Assembly: GCA_963833575.1 (NCBI GenBank)
Contig: CAWHXY010000006.1
Span: 192,001 to 256,000, forward strand
Source of the DNA: Candidatus Bathyarchaeota archaeon
GTDB lineage: Archaea > Thermoproteota > Bathyarchaeia > Bathyarchaeales > Bathycorpusculaceae
Length of the DNA stretch: 64,000 nt
Direction of reading: 5' to 3'
The notes beneath the pieces are model-generated. The model saw nothing but the letters and a program-made list of their open reading frames with translations, was not told the origin of the DNA and did no database searches. Below, piece after piece: positions 9,851 through 19,104 of this stretch. How positions within the stretch are numbered: the stretch's first letter is position 1; every line of letters starts with the position of its first letter. Made by a program: the position numbers and the translations under genes.

Positions 9851-10180
9851 GTGTGTGGGAAAACAGAATTGGAATATTTAATTCTCTTAATTTCAATTCT
9901 TCTAACATGCATAATCTTAAACCTGGTATTCAAACTTCAACTCTTCGAATCATCAAAACAAGCAGTGATTGTGCTTGTTTCTCTTTTTGTAATTGGAACA
10001 GTTTTAGACAGCTTCGCAGTTTTGAGAGGATATTGGAGCTACAATGAAAACGCAAACTTTTTTGTAGGGATAAAAATCGGTGTATTGCCGATTGAAGAAT
10101 ATCTCTTCATGATAGTTATTCCCTATCTAACACTAACCGTCTTTGGATTAATAAAAAAGACAAGCGCAGTTCATCAATAA
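9851..10180 (+). CDS. Lycopene cyclase domain (CrtYc/d-type) membrane protein
   Basis: D..AV.RGYWSYN...GIKIGVLPIEEYLF signature, 3 TM helices. Confidence 0.75.
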   Translation: MCGKTELEYLILLISILLTCIILNLVFKLQLFESSKQAVIVLVSLFVIGTVLDSFAVLRGYWSYNENANFFVGIKIGVLPIEEYLFMIVIPYLTLTVFGLIKKTSAVHQ

Positions 10181-10189
10181 AAAAACAGA

Positions 10190-12490
10190 TTAGAATACTG
10201 AAAGGCTTTTTTGTTTTTGTTCTCGAACTGACTTGCAGATAGAATCCGTTGTATATCCTTCAAAGTTGAGCAAATTTGCCGCTGCCGAGTAAAGAAGCAT
10301 GAGGTATTTTTCGGTGTCAGGCTTTACGCCTTTCTCAATTAGTTGAGCTGCTTTGACTCGTCGTTCATGCCGCTTATCTTTGGAATGCGTAAAAAGGAAT
10401 CTTACGCTGTTTCCCGCATGTACTTCCGCCCCCTCTTTGATCAGTTGCTCTGCTGCGATAACCTGGCTGACATGCTGACGGTATCGCTCCGGCTTTCTTG
10501 ACATACGCTTAGTAATAATTAGGTCCTCAACAGGCACTTCACCATCCAGTAGTTTCTGTCGATAAGTTCTCACAATCTCCAGAGCAAGAGGAATTTTCTT
10601 GCGCAACTCAGCAGTGTTGTTCGCCGTAGCCAATGTGTTAATCATTTCTGTTTGAGCATCAAACACAAATCGCGGTGTGTCTCTTCGTCTGATTTCTAAG
10701 CCGCGTACCTTGATTTTGCCATCTTCCATTACTCCATAGTAGCGGTTCAGCACACCTACGCGTGGATGAGTTTTCGAAGGTAAGAAAACGATCCATTTGT
10801 AGCGACCTTCAAAGTTAATGGGTATCCCTGATTGCGCAGTTATTATTTGGCATAGATTTTCATAGTCTTCTAGGCTGGCATCTGGTTTTTTGAGCCAAAG
10901 CGAATCGACAATGCCGTGAATAACTTCAAACCCTCGCTCCTCTGCGGTATGCGATGCCTTCAGCAGGGCTTCTCTGCCAAAAGCGCAGACCCCAATGTGG
11001 CCATCTACTGTTCCGAATTTGGCGTTTTTGTAACCTAAATAGCCAAAGCAAGTGACCAGGATCCATTTGAGAGCAGTTTGCCGGTTATCGTAAACTTCTC
11101 TGAGATGAGGATCAGAGGCTTCTTTTTTCATTCTCTTATAATGGAGACGTTTGTCTACCACGAATCTTAGAGTTTTAGGAACAATGCCAGTGCGTTTAGT
11201 GCATATATGATAGTTGAGTTCCGGGATGCGTATATATGAGTCTGGACAGCATTTGCAAAGAACAGTTTCTGCGGATATGTTGTTGTTTGCCATTATGCTG
11301 GGATACATGCTGCTGAAGTCTACTTCGCCGACATAATCATGAGCGCCCACAATGGGTTCATAGACGAATCCGCCGCGGTCGCCAACTAGGAGATCATATG
11401 CGGATTTGAAGGCTTCAGGGATGCTTTTGTTTCGTGGAATAAGCACGTCATCTTTTATGGCTTGATAGAATGGTAGCGAGGACATGCTTGAGCCTATGGA
11501 GTTTCTTGCTGCAGTGTGAAGTGGTACTCGGCATGTTCTTGTGATTTCAATCAATCCGTCGAACCCTGCTTCAGATAAAACAAAGGTGTTGCTCTGGTCG
11601 ATGTGGATTCTTCCGTAAAGCCTAATGGGTCCAGCTTTGTAGAAAGTTCGTCCATAGGAAAAAAATGTTTTACCTGAAGGCGTTTTTGAAGAAAATGGCG
11701 TACCATCTCTGCTCAAAGTAAATTTGTCAATAATGTTGTTTATCGTTGCTCGTTCTGTTAGGTAAGGAAAAAGGTGCGAGTCCCCGCCGGAAGTCACCAA
11801 GAAGTCTGGATCAAGTTCTCGGACCACTTTAACGAGTTGCTGTAGTTTCTCTAACTCGTCGCCGGAATCGATTGGTATTTCGTTTTGGTCTTGGCTTAAC
11901 CGAATTGTACCTATGGGATCTTTGAAGTTGGCAATTTTGTTTTTCTTAGCAATTTCAACCTTTAATTTCATTATTCGCAAGGGAGGAATAGCATAATCGG
12001 TGCTGGCTACCGAATCGAGCAGAGTGTATTGGAGACCTGTTTTTTCTACCTTAACTTCCAAAAGTGCCAAGGGAAAGATGTCGTGGCTGAAAAAGTAGTC
12101 GCGGTCTCCTCTCAAGTCGCAATTAGAAACCTGATAACGCAGGTAATCCCCCATCTTTAGGATGATGTTTGTTAGGCTCTGGATTCTTCTACAGTCTCTA
12201 AGTACAAGCTCCAGAACTTTGGTTTTCTCTGAATCTGTAGGCTGAGCATACTTGTAAGCAAAACTCCATTTTGCAATGTCTGAGTTGTTGTAGAGTTTGC
12301 CAATTAGGGGGTCAATATTTTCTTGTTTTGATGAAACATAGATTTTGGGTTGGAACTTATCAATTAAACGTATCCTTTGACCTGCTTCGCTTATAATCCA
12401 GACTGCGATTTCACCTTCGTTTGAAGGGTAAGCATCAAGTATCCAGCCCTTAATTTTGCAAGGACTACTGACTGAGAGCAAAGAAAACAC
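10190..12490 (-). CDS. polB2: Family B DNA polymerase, PolB2 group
   Basis: VDFSSMYPSIM (motif A), KWILVTCFGYLG (motif B), HGIVDS replacing YGDTDS (motif C), degenerate exonuclease domain. Confidence 0.85.
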   Translation of the reverse strand: MFSLLSVSSPCKIKGWILDAYPSNEGEIAVWIISEAGQRIRLIDKFQPKIYVSSKQENIDPLIGKLYNNSDIAKWSFAYKYAQPTDSEKTKVLELVLRDCRRIQSLTNIILKMGDYLRYQVSNCDLRGDRDYFFSHDIFPLALLEVKVEKTGLQYTLLDSVASTDYAIPPLRIMKLKVEIAKKNKIANFKDPIGTIRLSQDQNEIPIDSGDELEKLQQLVKVVRELDPDFLVTSGGDSHLFPYLTERATINNIIDKFTLSRDGTPFSSKTPSGKTFFSYGRTFYKAGPIRLYGRIHIDQSNTFVLSEAGFDGLIEITRTCRVPLHTAARNSIGSSMSSLPFYQAIKDDVLIPRNKSIPEAFKSAYDLLVGDRGGFVYEPIVGAHDYVGEVDFSSMYPSIMANNNISAETVLCKCCPDSYIRIPELNYHICTKRTGIVPKTLRFVVDKRLHYKRMKKEASDPHLREVYDNRQTALKWILVTCFGYLGYKNAKFGTVDGHIGVCAFGREALLKASHTAEERGFEVIHGIVDSLWLKKPDASLEDYENLCQIITAQSGIPINFEGRYKWIVFLPSKTHPRVGVLNRYYGVMEDGKIKVRGLEIRRRDTPRFVFDAQTEMINTLATANNTAELRKKIPLALEIVRTYRQKLLDGEVPVEDLIITKRMSRKPERYRQHVSQVIAAEQLIKEGAEVHAGNSVRFLFTHSKDKRHERRVKAAQLIEKGVKPDTEKYLMLLYSAAANLLNFEGYTTDSICKSVREQKQKSLSVF

Positions 12491-12746
12491 CTGTAGGGAC
12501 TTCCGCTTATTCTGGAAATCCTTTAAAAGAAATTCGTCTAAACGACTCCTGAGCTCAGTGGAGAGTAAGGTGAAAATAAAAATACTTAAGCCTTAAAAAA
12601 TCTTACCGGACCTGCTTCTTACGTGTTAAATCTTATTTCTCAGCACATGAAAATAAAAATCACTTGAACTAAAAGTCTCTTTGCAAATCTGCAAAGTCCA
12701 CTTCACAAAAAACATTAAGTTATCAAGGCGAATATATTCCGTGTTG

Positions 12747-12929
12747 ATGGGTTTGCCAAAATCTCGTATGGTTAGAAGGCAGTCCTCAAACGGTGAGATT
12801 CACTTTATCATCCCAGACGATAAGTTTGATGCGACTAAGGAAACAATAGAAGACTTTGATGATCTTCAAATAAGAATAATTATGAAACAGGAAGCTTCCA
12901 AACCACTTTTGCTATTACGTACAGAGTGA
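12747..12929 (+). CDS. Small hypothetical protein
   Basis: ORF with plausible composition; start uncertain (12747 or 12768). Confidence 0.4.
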   Translation: MGLPKSRMVRRQSSNGEIHFIIPDDKFDATKETIEDFDDLQIRIIMKQEASKPLLLLRTE

Positions 12930-13085
12930 AGGCGTCTCATCTGGAATTTTAACCGTTTGGTTACAAATGGCTATGCAAATATTTTTCTAAAATGTTGCTT
13001 TCCATGGTTTTTAACTCTTTTTTCGCAAATTTTATATCTACCTGCTTAGCTCTAACAACAAGAGGTAGTGTGGGGGAGAAATGAC

Positions 13086-14036
13086 ATGGTAGATATACTC
13101 TTAGTTTTCGCAATAATAGTACCATTAATAGTTTTAATATACGCGTTTTTTTCAACAATTCGAATTGTGAGACCAACTGAAAAAGGATTAGTTGAACGGT
13201 TGGGCAAATACCGCAGATTTGTTGAAGGAGGCGTCACATTCCTTTTCCCATTTATTGATCGCATCATAAAAGTCAACATCACCGAGCGCATGACGCCTGT
13301 ACAACGCCAAGATGTCATAACAAGAGATAAAGTGTTCATGGGCGTAGACGCCGTCGTATTCTACAGAATCAAACAAGACGAAATATCAGTGAAAGCTTCT
13401 CAGTACAACGTGGCAAACTTTTCAGCGCAAATAGACACTTTGGCACGAACAGTGCTAAGAGACATCATAGGCGGCATGGACATGAGCGTAGCTAACACAT
13501 CTAGACCCATAATTAACACCAGCCTCAAAACAGCCCTCGACGAACAGACAGAGAAATGGGGAATCGAAATCGTCAGAGCGGAAATCAAAGACCTAGAACC
13601 CCCAAAAGAACTAATCATATCCATGGAATCCGTGCTCAAAGCAGATAACGACAGACAAGCAGCTGAGAAAACTGCTATAGCTCAAGCAACCCTGGCAAGC
13701 GGACAAAAAAATGCTGCGATTCAAGTCGCCGAAGGACAAAAGCAAGCCGCGATCCTACAAGCAGAAGGCCAGAAAACAGCAACCATCGCCATAGCCGAAG
13801 GAGATGCACAAGCAACCAAACTAAGAAACGAAGCCTTAACAACCTACTTCAAAGACAGCGCCATCGTGTTTAAGCAACTGGATACAATCACATCCTCATT
13901 ACAAAACAACACAAAGATCATTGTCCCCGAAGGCAAAGCCATATCATTAATCCTAAACGAACAAGAAAACCTATCCAAAGCAACCATCATCCCAATAACA
14001 CAGCCAGCACAACAAAAAAGCAGCAAACAAATGTAG
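13086..14036 (+). CDS. SPFH/Band 7 (stomatin/QmcA-like) protein
   Basis: N-terminal TM, GLVERLGKY, QDVITRD, WGIEIVRAEIKDL, AEG-repeat coiled coil. Confidence 0.92.
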   Translation: MVDILLVFAIIVPLIVLIYAFFSTIRIVRPTEKGLVERLGKYRRFVEGGVTFLFPFIDRIIKVNITERMTPVQRQDVITRDKVFMGVDAVVFYRIKQDEISVKASQYNVANFSAQIDTLARTVLRDIIGGMDMSVANTSRPIINTSLKTALDEQTEKWGIEIVRAEIKDLEPPKELIISMESVLKADNDRQAAEKTAIAQATLASGQKNAAIQVAEGQKQAAILQAEGQKTATIAIAEGDAQATKLRNEALTTYFKDSAIVFKQLDTITSSLQNNTKIIVPEGKAISLILNEQENLSKATIIPITQPAQQKSSKQM

Positions 14037-14183
14037 CGAACTGGCAAATAAGCTCTAATTAAGAGGCAGGCACCTTTTTGGCGCTAAATCATTTCTTTTG
14101 TGAACTCAAACTGTGATGGCGTTCTGCAGTCACAAATCTGTATTAGCTACTTTGACTTTTTTGAAGTAGAGTTTCTGATTATT

Positions 14184-15089
14184 ATGCAAGTTCAACCCCT
14201 TGAGAAGAATACAGATTATTTTAAAATGTCCGATGGATTCAACCTTTTTTACAGAAGATGGTCGACCACTGAACAAGCGGATCGAGTAGTTATTTTTCTT
14301 CACGGAATCGAAGTTCATTCCGGAGCATTTAGTTTTATGGGACCTGAGTTGGCAAATAGTAACTGTGAAGTATATGGTTTCGATCGACGAGGCTTTGGAA
14401 ATTCAAAAGAACAGGATTTCCCAAGAGGCGATGTCAAAAGTTTTGAACGGCATTTAGAAGACATTAATGAAGTCGTGGAAGCTGTACGCAAAAACCATCC
14501 TGGAAAGAAAGTGTTCATATTTGGCCATAGCATCGGATGCACCTATGCCCTTTGGTACGCCGTGCATTATCCTCAGCAAATTGATGGACTAATTCTTGCT
14601 TCGAATCCTCTGAAAACGGGTTTTAAAGTTCCAACCCAAGACACAGTCAAGCTTGTCTTCTCGCCGATAATTGAGCATCATTCAATGTATGATTTGATTG
14701 ATAAATGGCCGCAAGCCTTCAGGGAAGGGGAAGAGTACAAGTTGATCTCGGAAGATGAGCTTTGCACTAAAGTTTTCGGCTTAGGCTTTCTTTTTGAGCT
14801 CCAAACTAGATTAGCAAATAAAATGGGTCACTACGCGTCAAAAATTGATAAACCTACACTTTTGATCCACGGCGATGCTGACATTATTGCACTTCCCGAA
14901 AGCGCAAACAAACTCATGGAAAAACTTGCCTCAAACGACAAAGCCGTCCAGATGTTTCCAGGTGCAGATCACTGGCTCTACCAGAGCATTATTCCAAAGA
15001 TGAGTTCAAAATACACCTTAGAGCAGAGAAAACAAGTTTCCAATATAGTTAAGAATTGGCTTGAAAAGCAGGCAATGCCTGTGCTATGA
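14184..15089 (+). CDS. Alpha/beta hydrolase, lysophospholipase/monoglyceride lipase-like
   Basis: HGIEVH, DRRGFG, GHSIG nucleophile elbow, HGDAD, FPGADH. Confidence 0.88.
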   Translation: MQVQPLEKNTDYFKMSDGFNLFYRRWSTTEQADRVVIFLHGIEVHSGAFSFMGPELANSNCEVYGFDRRGFGNSKEQDFPRGDVKSFERHLEDINEVVEAVRKNHPGKKVFIFGHSIGCTYALWYAVHYPQQIDGLILASNPLKTGFKVPTQDTVKLVFSPIIEHHSMYDLIDKWPQAFREGEEYKLISEDELCTKVFGLGFLFELQTRLANKMGHYASKIDKPTLLIHGDADIIALPESANKLMEKLASNDKAVQMFPGADHWLYQSIIPKMSSKYTLEQRKQVSNIVKNWLEKQAMPVL

Positions 15090-15181
15090 CACCTGGCGAA
15101 ACAGCTTCCGCTTAAAAAAATACAGAAAAATAAAAAAGGGTTAAAAACAAAATCTTATCAAAAACATTTTATTTTCTTTTT

Positions 15182-15307
15182 TTATAACCCATCTACTAGA
15201 TGGGCTGTTCCGTCTGGACAATAAACGCAGTTACCTTTCTCAACGACAAGGTAACGTCTATTGCACGTTTTCATTTGCGAGCATCCGTCGCAATCTCTTG
15301 ACAACAT
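15182..15307 (-). CDS. 41-aa Cys-rich putative zinc-binding microprotein
   Basis: Manual translation MLSRDCDGCSQMKTCNRRYLVVEKGNCVYCPDGTAHLVDGL; AGGAGG RBS upstream; T-rich tract downstream. Confidence 0.6.
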   Translation of the reverse strand: MLSRDCDGCSQMKTCNRRYLVVEKGNCVYCPDGTAHLVDGL

Positions 15308-15531
15308 CCTTTTCTTATCCTCCTACATGTTATTGTAATTTTTTATCGGGCAAGCAGCGCATGTTTGCTGAACTGGCGACCTACCGATTCGCAATGTGCC
15401 TACGCACTGATAAAACTGGGTATAGATGAAGAAGTCGCTCTTAAAGGTTATCATGTTTCTGAAGATTACAATGCTAGCCTGTTAATCGTGGTTTTTGCGC
15501 AAGAGTCTTAAGTTTTGTTGCTGATTGGTGT

Positions 15532-15601
15532 TTTTGGATGATGAGCACTAGAGTCACAGAGCTTATGCAGTGATAATGGCTCGACGGGCGAACTGACAAA
15601 A
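15532..15601 (+). ncRNA. Box C/D sRNA; D guide predicted for 16S rRNA Cm1402 (E. coli numbering)
   Basis: C box ATGATGA 15538-15544, D' CAGA 15557-15560, C' GTGATAA 15570-15576, D CTGA 15593-15596, terminal TTTTG/CAAAA stem, guide GACGGGCG antisense to conserved CGCCCGUC. Confidence 0.8.
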
Positions 15602-15728
15602 CAAAGCTTATGAACAATCATAAGCACAACAGAACTGAGAGGGTAACCTCAATGTTGCTACTGCGCGAGTAGCGATAGGTATTATTCGACGATTTACTAT
15701 TTTATAAAGTGAAGAAACGGGTTTTTAA

Positions 15729-15848
15729 ATGGTTAAGGATAACGATCCTGACTCTAACGAAAAAATTATAGATGAAGAAAAAGCCAAAGAACTTTGGCTA
15801 AAAGCAATCAAAAAGAAGAAAACCACAAAAAGAAAACGGCTTTCATAG
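15729..15848 (+). CDS. 39-aa hypothetical peptide with basic C-terminus
   Basis: Manual translation MVKDNDPDSNEKIIDEEKAKELWLKAIKKKKTTKRKRLS. Confidence 0.4.
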   Translation: MVKDNDPDSNEKIIDEEKAKELWLKAIKKKKTTKRKRLS

Positions 15849-16033
15849 ATTTGATAAGTGAAGTGTTCAAGTCATACATTACCCAATAGACAATAATGGC
15901 TCTGCACACTTTTTGGTTTGATTTTTCGGGCGAACTGACACTTCCTATCGGAAAACTTATCAGTGAAGCAGACATGAAAAACTAAGCTAAACACTAACTA
16001 ACAGCGCGCAATGGGAATCGAGGTGAATATGAA

Positions 16034-16315
16034 ATGGTTGAAATGAAAGTCGATGCTTCAGAACTTAAAGGTGACGAAAGCAACTTAATCGAGAAGCTAG
16101 CAGATTTCCTCAAAGAGAAAACAGGCGGAGACGTTACAACAGACTCAAAAACCGTAACGGTAAAAGGTGAAGGCGAAGCCCTATCAAAGAAATACGTACG
16201 CATAATTATTAAAAAATTCCTGCACAAACACCAGTTGACAGAAACTTTCAAAGTTATCGGTCAAGAAGAAGCGTTAAAAGTTAAAGAAAGAAAACTCTAT
16301 GATGAAGAAGATTAA
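16034..16315 (+). CDS. rpl22e: Ribosomal protein eL22 (L22e)-like
   Basis: LADFLKEK...LSKKYVRIIIKKFLHK..L...FKVI resembles eL22 (FSKRYLKYLTKKYLKK..LRDWLRVV); acidic tail; GGTGA RBS. Confidence 0.7.
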   Translation: MVEMKVDASELKGDESNLIEKLADFLKEKTGGDVTTDSKTVTVKGEGEALSKKYVRIIIKKFLHKHQLTETFKVIGQEEALKVKERKLYDEED

Positions 16316-16451
16316 CAACTTTTCCCCAAAATTTAACTAATTTTTATTTTTCAAAAATCTATTTTGCTGTCCACTCTCTGGACACTCTGTTCCAAAGCTT
16401 AGCATTAAATCAAAAAACTCTAACTCTACGCTATACACAGGTGAGTTAAGG

Positions 16452-16625
16452 TTGAGCAGCAAAAACATAGCCATCAGCGCAGTCATCTTAGTTTCAATAA
16501 TAACCTTCATAACCCTGCTGGGGCAAACCTACATCGCTCTTCAAAGCGTAAACCCAATAGCAATTATTGCAGCCATAACGGTAGCCTTCATAGGAATTAT
16601 CTGGTTCAAGAAAACAACAAATTAA
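16452..16625 (+). CDS. 57-aa two-TM membrane microprotein
   Basis: Manual translation from TTG with AGGTGA RBS: MSSKNIAISAVILVSIITFITLLGQTYIALQSVNPIAIIAAITVAFIGIIWFKKTTN. Confidence 0.6.
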   Translation: MSSKNIAISAVILVSIITFITLLGQTYIALQSVNPIAIIAAITVAFIGIIWFKKTTN

Positions 16626-16647
16626 AAAAAAGAAAACAAAAAATGTT

Positions 16648-19104
16648 CTATTTGCGTTTCAGCATATTTTCTAGAATAGGCTTAAGCTTAGCGTTTTCAG
16701 CCTGGATTTTCTCTTTGCCGAGCTCTTTTCTTTGGGCATCGATTTCTTTGATGACTTCGGCGTAGTGTATGCCTTCTGCGGCTGAAACGTATTCTACTCG
16801 AAACCGTTCTGGACTCATTCCTAGTTTTGTTAGCATGCCTTTGAGGGCGTCGGTTCGTGCTTTCATCTTGTAGTTTCCGTTGATGTAGTGGCAATCGTAG
16901 GGTAAGTGGCATGCACCGACCAAAACCATTCCTGCGCCAAGTCGAAGTGCTTCAAGGACGAATTCTCTTGCAACTCTGCCGCTACACATGACGCGGATGG
17001 CTCGAACGCTGGCTGGGTAGTCGAATCGGCTGATGCCTGCCAGGTCTGCGCCTGCGTAGCTGCACCAGTTGCAAAGAATTGCTAGGATTTTGTCTTCAGG
17101 CTTATCCTCAAGAGCAGCGCGGATTTGAGCCAGTATTTGGGCGTCAGTAAAGTGCATCTGAGTAATTGCGTGTTGTGGACATTCGGCAACGCATGTTCCG
17201 CAGCCATGACAGTTTGCTGTAGTGATGAATGCTGCTTTGCCTGGTTCAGCTTTGATGGCGCCGTAGGGGCATTTGTCAACGCAGACACCGCATTTTGCAG
17301 TTTTGTTTCTGCATTTGGTTTCGTCAACTATTGAGATGATTGGTTCAATCTTCCATTTCTGCTTGCTGATAACTGTGGCTGCGCGTGCTGCGGCGCCGCT
17401 TCCTTGCGAAACGCTGTAGGGAATATCTTTTAAGCCTTGGCAGGCACCTGCGTAGAAAACGCCGTCGGTTGGGGCATCCATGGGTTTAAGTTTGGGATGG
17501 GACTCCATGAAAAAGCCGTCTGAGCCCCTCGACAGATTGAGGATGCGTGCTATGTCTGCAGAACCTTTTTTGGGTATGGCTGCAGTTGCCAGCACGACCA
17601 TATCTGCATCTACTTCAATTGGGACTCCAAGGATTGAATCTTCAGAGTGAACCGTTAAATTATGAGTTTTTGGGTCCTCGTCTATGCGACTTACCCGACC
17701 GCGAATGAAGTTTACACCTCGTTCCCGGGCGCGGTCATAGAATTCTTCGTAGCCTTTGCCTGGACTGCGAATGTCCATGTAGAAAACGTAGACTTCTATA
17801 TCTTCCTTGTACTTTTCCTTAAGCTGAACAACATGTTTGAGGGTGTACATACAGCAGAAGTTGCTGCAGTAGGGGTACTTGCTTTTGTCCCGGCTGCCAA
17901 CACATTGGATGAAGGCGATTCTGTGAGGTTTTTTACCGTCTGATTGCCGGATCACTTTGCCGCCTGTTGGACCAGCAGCCAATATGAGTCTTTCAAACTC
18001 CATGCTGGTGATAACGTTGGGGTATTTTCCGTAGCCTAACAGTGGCATGTCGTAGGGTAAGTAAACGTCAAAGCCTGTGGAAACAATAATTGCGCCAACA
18101 TCAAATTGTACTTCTTCAGGTTTCTGGTTGAAATCGATAGCTTGACGCGCACCGCATACCTCGGTGCATTTGAAGCATTCGATGCAATAATCCTTGTTAA
18201 TAGAATAAATAAGTGGTACAGTCTGGTCAAAGGGCACTGAAATTGCTTTGCGTGTGCCAAGGTTCATGTCCCACTCGTTGGGGTACTCGATTGGGCAAGC
18301 GTCTTTGCATTCTCCGCAGCCCGTGCATTTTTCGGGAATGACATATCGCGGGTTCTTTTTGATTGTTACTTTGAAGTTGCCGATGTATCCGTCAACTTTT
18401 ACAAGTTCCGAGTTAGCGAAAATTGTTATGTTTGGGTGGCGTCCGCAATCGACCATTTTAGGTCCTTCAATACATATGCTGCAATCTAATGTGGGGAACG
18501 TCTTGTCAAGTGCTGCCATATGCCCACCGATGCTCTGCGAGTTTTCAAGCATGTAGACTTTGTAGCCCATTTCAGCGAGGTCTAGAGCCGCGTTCATTCC
18601 TGCGATGCCGCCGCCGATGATTAATGCTTTGTTGGTGACTGGCACTTCGATTGTTTGAAGTTGCTGCATTAACCGGACTTTTGCCACCGCCATACGCACG
18701 GAATCTTTGGCGCGTTCCGTTGCAGCTGCTGGATCATTCTGGTGGCACCATGAAGCGAACTCGCGGATGTTAGCCATTTCGTAGAGAAACGGGTTTAATC
18801 CTGCTTCGGAGACTGTGCGTCTGAAGGTGGGTTCATGCATTCGGGGTGAACAAGCAGCGATGACCACACGGTTAAGTTTTTGTTCACGTATGGCTTTGCG
18901 TATTTCTTCTTGCCCCGGGTCAGCACATGTATAACGATTCTCCTTAACGAACACAACATCTGGAATGGTCTTGGCGTATTCAGAGACTGCCTTAACGTCT
19001 ACTGTGCCTGCAATGTTTAAGCCACAGTGACAAACGAAAACGCCAACTCGCAACTCTTCAGGTTTTGCGCTTTCAGTTGGGCTACAACAAGAGGGAGTAC
19101 TCAT
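16648..19104 (-). CDS. hdrA: Heterodisulfide reductase subunit A fused to MvhD
   Basis: VGVFVCHCG, GGGIAG FAD motif, KTFPTLDCSIC, QCVGSRD, YCSNFCC, ferredoxin motifs; C-terminal CNWCSYAGAD / RVMCSGRV / DCHY of MvhD. Confidence 0.93.
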   Translation of the reverse strand: MSTPSCCSPTESAKPEELRVGVFVCHCGLNIAGTVDVKAVSEYAKTIPDVVFVKENRYTCADPGQEEIRKAIREQKLNRVVIAACSPRMHEPTFRRTVSEAGLNPFLYEMANIREFASWCHQNDPAAATERAKDSVRMAVAKVRLMQQLQTIEVPVTNKALIIGGGIAGMNAALDLAEMGYKVYMLENSQSIGGHMAALDKTFPTLDCSICIEGPKMVDCGRHPNITIFANSELVKVDGYIGNFKVTIKKNPRYVIPEKCTGCGECKDACPIEYPNEWDMNLGTRKAISVPFDQTVPLIYSINKDYCIECFKCTEVCGARQAIDFNQKPEEVQFDVGAIIVSTGFDVYLPYDMPLLGYGKYPNVITSMEFERLILAAGPTGGKVIRQSDGKKPHRIAFIQCVGSRDKSKYPYCSNFCCMYTLKHVVQLKEKYKEDIEVYVFYMDIRSPGKGYEEFYDRARERGVNFIRGRVSRIDEDPKTHNLTVHSEDSILGVPIEVDADMVVLATAAIPKKGSADIARILNLSRGSDGFFMESHPKLKPMDAPTDGVFYAGACQGLKDIPYSVSQGSGAAARAATVISKQKWKIEPIISIVDETKCRNKTAKCGVCVDKCPYGAIKAEPGKAAFITTANCHGCGTCVAECPQHAITQMHFTDAQILAQIRAALEDKPEDKILAILCNWCSYAGADLAGISRFDYPASVRAIRVMCSGRVAREFVLEALRLGAGMVLVGACHLPYDCHYINGNYKMKARTDALKGMLTKLGMSPERFRVEYVSAAEGIHYAEVIKEIDAQRKELGKEKIQAENAKLKPILENMLKRK

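Noticed and set aside
2404-12600. Integrated element at tRNA-Arg
   Set aside because: No integrase and no duplicated tRNA 3' end (att site) seen in the window; only accessory-like gene content
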